From: Paramoeba atlantica
Taxonomy: Eukaryota; Protista; Discosea
DNA: 35,638 nucleotides
Assembly: GCA_977017575.1 (NCBI GenBank)
Contig: CDRNVI010000233.1
Location: 1-35,638, forward strand
Direction: 5' to 3'
Below, one piece after another: positions 33,773-35,638 of the stretch; within the stretch, counting starts at the first letter, position 1; each line of letters opens with the position of its first letter. The notes beneath the pieces were generated by a model, which was given only the letters and a program-made list of their open reading frames with translations, was not told the DNA's origin and made no database searches. The position numbers and the translations under genes are program-made.

Positions 33773-33910
33773 TCTGATGGATCAGAACACGGGAAGTAGG
33801 GTCGGATGGGCCGACCAGATGCTTAATCCGGACCCATTAATTATGAAGCTGTTACCAAAGCCTCATAATTAATGTGTTCGGAACTCGTGTATGATTACGG
33901 GTCCGTCAGA
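33773..33910 (+). promoter_or_regulatory. Structured pnp 5' leader (candidate RNase III processing stem)
   Basis: Nested stems tctgatggatc/ggtccgtcaga, acacggg/ctcgtgt and tccggac.cattaattatga/tcataattaatg.gttcgga. RNase III-dependent pnp autoregulation is established in E. coli. Confidence 0.55.
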
Positions 33911-33934
33911 TGTTTGTAAGAGGAAGAGAAAATA

Positions 33935-35638
33935 ATGTTTAATGTCGTCCGTAAGGAAATGCAGTGGGGCAACGCCACTCTGACCCTTGAAACTGGTAAA
34001 ATCGCCCGTCAGGCCGATGGCGCTGTCAAGGTCACCTATGGTGAGACCGTTGTTCTTTGTACTGCCGTTGGCGCCAAACAGCCGCGCCCGGATGTCGACT
34101 TTTTCCCACTGACGGTTAACTACCAGGAAAAAGCATTTGCCGCGGGTAAAATCCCAGGTGGTTTCTTCAAACGTGAAGGCCGTCCTTCGGAAAAAGAAAC
34201 GCTTGTTTCGCGTCTGATCGACCGTCCGATCCGCCCGCTGTTCCACCCGCTGTATCGCAACGACACCCAGATCGTTTGTACCGTTCTGTCGCACGACATG
34301 GAACACGACCCGGATGTGGTTGCCATGATCGGCACCTCGGCTGCGCTGACGATTTCTGGTCTGCCGTTCCTCGGCCCGATTGGTGCTGCGCGCGTTGGTT
34401 ATGCAGATGGTGAGTATATCCTCAACCCGGCGACCGACTCGGTTAAAGAAGGCGATCTTGATCTTGTTGTTGCGGGTACCCGCGATGGCGTGATGATGGT
34501 TGAGTCCGAAGCATCCGAGCTGTCCGAAGAAATCATGCTTGGTGCAGTTAAATTCGGTCACGATCAGTTCCAGGGCGTTCTCGACCTGATCATCGATCTT
34601 GCTGAAGACGCTGCCAAAGAGCCGCGCGCTATTGCTGAATTGCCAGAAGGCTATGACGCACTGGTCGAAAAAATTGCTGGTCTTGGCACCGATGCCCTGA
34701 CCAAAGCTTATGGCCATGTTGTCAAACAGGAACGTTCGGCTGCAATTTCGGTTGCCAAAGCTGAAATCGTCGAGAAACTTGGCGATGAAGTTCCTGATGG
34801 GCTTAAAGGCAAAGTTTCGTCGATCATCAAGGATCTGGAAAAAGACATCGTTCGCGGTGCGATCCTGAAAACCGGCAAACGTATTGATGGCCGTAGCGGT
34901 GCTGACGTTCGTCCGATCCTCGGCGAAGTTTCGGTTCTGCCGCGTTCGCACGGTTCTGCGATCTTTACCCGTGGTGAAACGCAGGCACTGGCTGTTGTTA
35001 CCCTTGGTACCGGTCAGGACGAGCAGATCGTCGATGCGCTTGACGGTGAATACCGTGAAAGCTTCATGCTGCATTACAACTTCCCGCCGTACTCGGTTGG
35101 TGAAGCTGGCCGCATGGGGTCGCCTGGCCGTCGTGAGATCGGTCATGGTAAACTTGCATGGCGTGCGTTGCACCCGTTGATGCCGACCAAAGACACCTTC
35201 CCGTACACCACCCGTATTGTTTCGGAAGTTACCGAATCGAACGGTTCGTCTTCGATGGCGACGGTGTGTGCAAGCTCGCTTGCAATGATGGATGCCGGTG
35301 TTCCGCTGGTACGTCCGGTTGCGGGTATTGCGATGGGCCTGATCAAGGAATCAGACGACTTTGCTGTTCTTTCTGACATCATGGGTGATGAAGATCACCT
35401 TGGTGACATGGACTTTAAAGTTGCTGGTACCGAAAACGGCATTACCTCGCTGCAGATGGACATCAAGATCACCTCGGTGACCGCAGACATCATGCAGATC
35501 GCCCTGAAACAGGCACGTGACGGCCGTTTGCATATCCTTGGTGAAATGTCCAAGGCGCTTCCGGAAGCACGTGGTGAAGTATCGGGCAATGCACCGACCA
35601 TTACCCAGTTCTCGATCCCGAAAGACAAAATTCGTGAT
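33935..35638 (+). CDS. pnp: Polyribonucleotide nucleotidyltransferase (PNPase), 3' truncated by the window end
   Basis: Read manually because it is absent from the ORF track (no stop in the window): [12 protein letters not shown]...[12 protein letters not shown]...[29 protein letters not shown]...[10 protein letters not shown]; [45 protein letters not shown]. Confidence 0.99.
   Translation, partial: MFNVVRKEMQWGNATLTLETGKIARQADGAVKVTYGETVVLCTAVGAKQPRPDVDFFPLTVNYQEKAFAAGKIPGGFFKREGRPSEKETLVSRLIDRPIRPLFHPLYRNDTQIVCTVLSHDMEHDPDVVAMIGTSAALTISGLPFLGPIGAARVGYADGEYILNPATDSVKEGDLDLVVAGTRDGVMMVESEASELSEEIMLGAVKFGHDQFQGVLDLIIDLAEDAAKEPRAIAELPEGYDALVEKIAGLGTDALTKAYGHVVKQERSAAISVAKAEIVEKLGDEVPDGLKGKVSSIIKDLEKDIVRGAILKTGKRIDGRSGADVRPILGEVSVLPRSHGSAIFTRGETQALAVVTLGTGQDEQIVDALDGEYRESFMLHYNFPPYSVGEAGRMGSPGRREIGHGKLAWRALHPLMPTKDTFPYTTRIVSEVTESNGSSSMATVCASSLAMMDAGVPLVRPVAGIAMGLIKESDDFAVLSDIMGDEDHLGDMDFKVAGTENGITSLQMDIKITSVTADIMQIALKQARDGRLHILGEMSKALPEARGEVSGNAPTITQFSIPKDKIRD

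Noticed and set aside
26214-35628. Long antisense and alternate-frame ORFs over the bacterial operon (e.g. 27875-28732, 30937-32121, 33869-35173)
   Set aside because: These are shadow ORFs caused by codon bias of highly conserved genes on the + strand, with no recognisable protein motifs.

Overview
The window has two unrelated halves joined at ~26159. (1) Positions 1-26158 are a very AT-rich (roughly a quarter GC by eye, not computed), apparently non-coding tandem array of ~5.7 copies of a ~4.54-4.66 kb unit. Each unit has a constant backbone: iteron-like subrepeats, a GC-richer island, two perfect palindromes and two densely base-paired domains. It also has a hypervariable ~0.93-1.05 kb cassette present in three versions (A, B, C). 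The cassette is built from modular hairpins whose stems change sequence between copies but keep pairing: 8 variants of a ~110-145 nt hairpin with a near-invariant 43-nt arm and a variable basal duplex, plus a family of short AAGATTT/AAATTCA hairpins with fully covarying 7-bp stems. I cannot assign this array to any known RNA family or organism. It is the most interesting part: a candidate structured-RNA or small-RNA array, or concatemerised minicircles with variable cassettes. (2) Positions ~26160-35638 are an ordinary alphaproteobacterial locus (Rhodospirillales, probably Thalassospira-like; inference): the 3' part of a HemO/PigA heme oxygenase, then rimP-nusA-ylxR(+L7Ae)-infB-rbfA-truB-rpsO-pnp (pnp runs off the window end). 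The junction cuts the heme oxygenase gene at a 16-nt sequence shared by both halves and carries local indels. A chimeric assembly is the most likely explanation, but a real microhomology-mediated insertion cannot be excluded from sequence alone.
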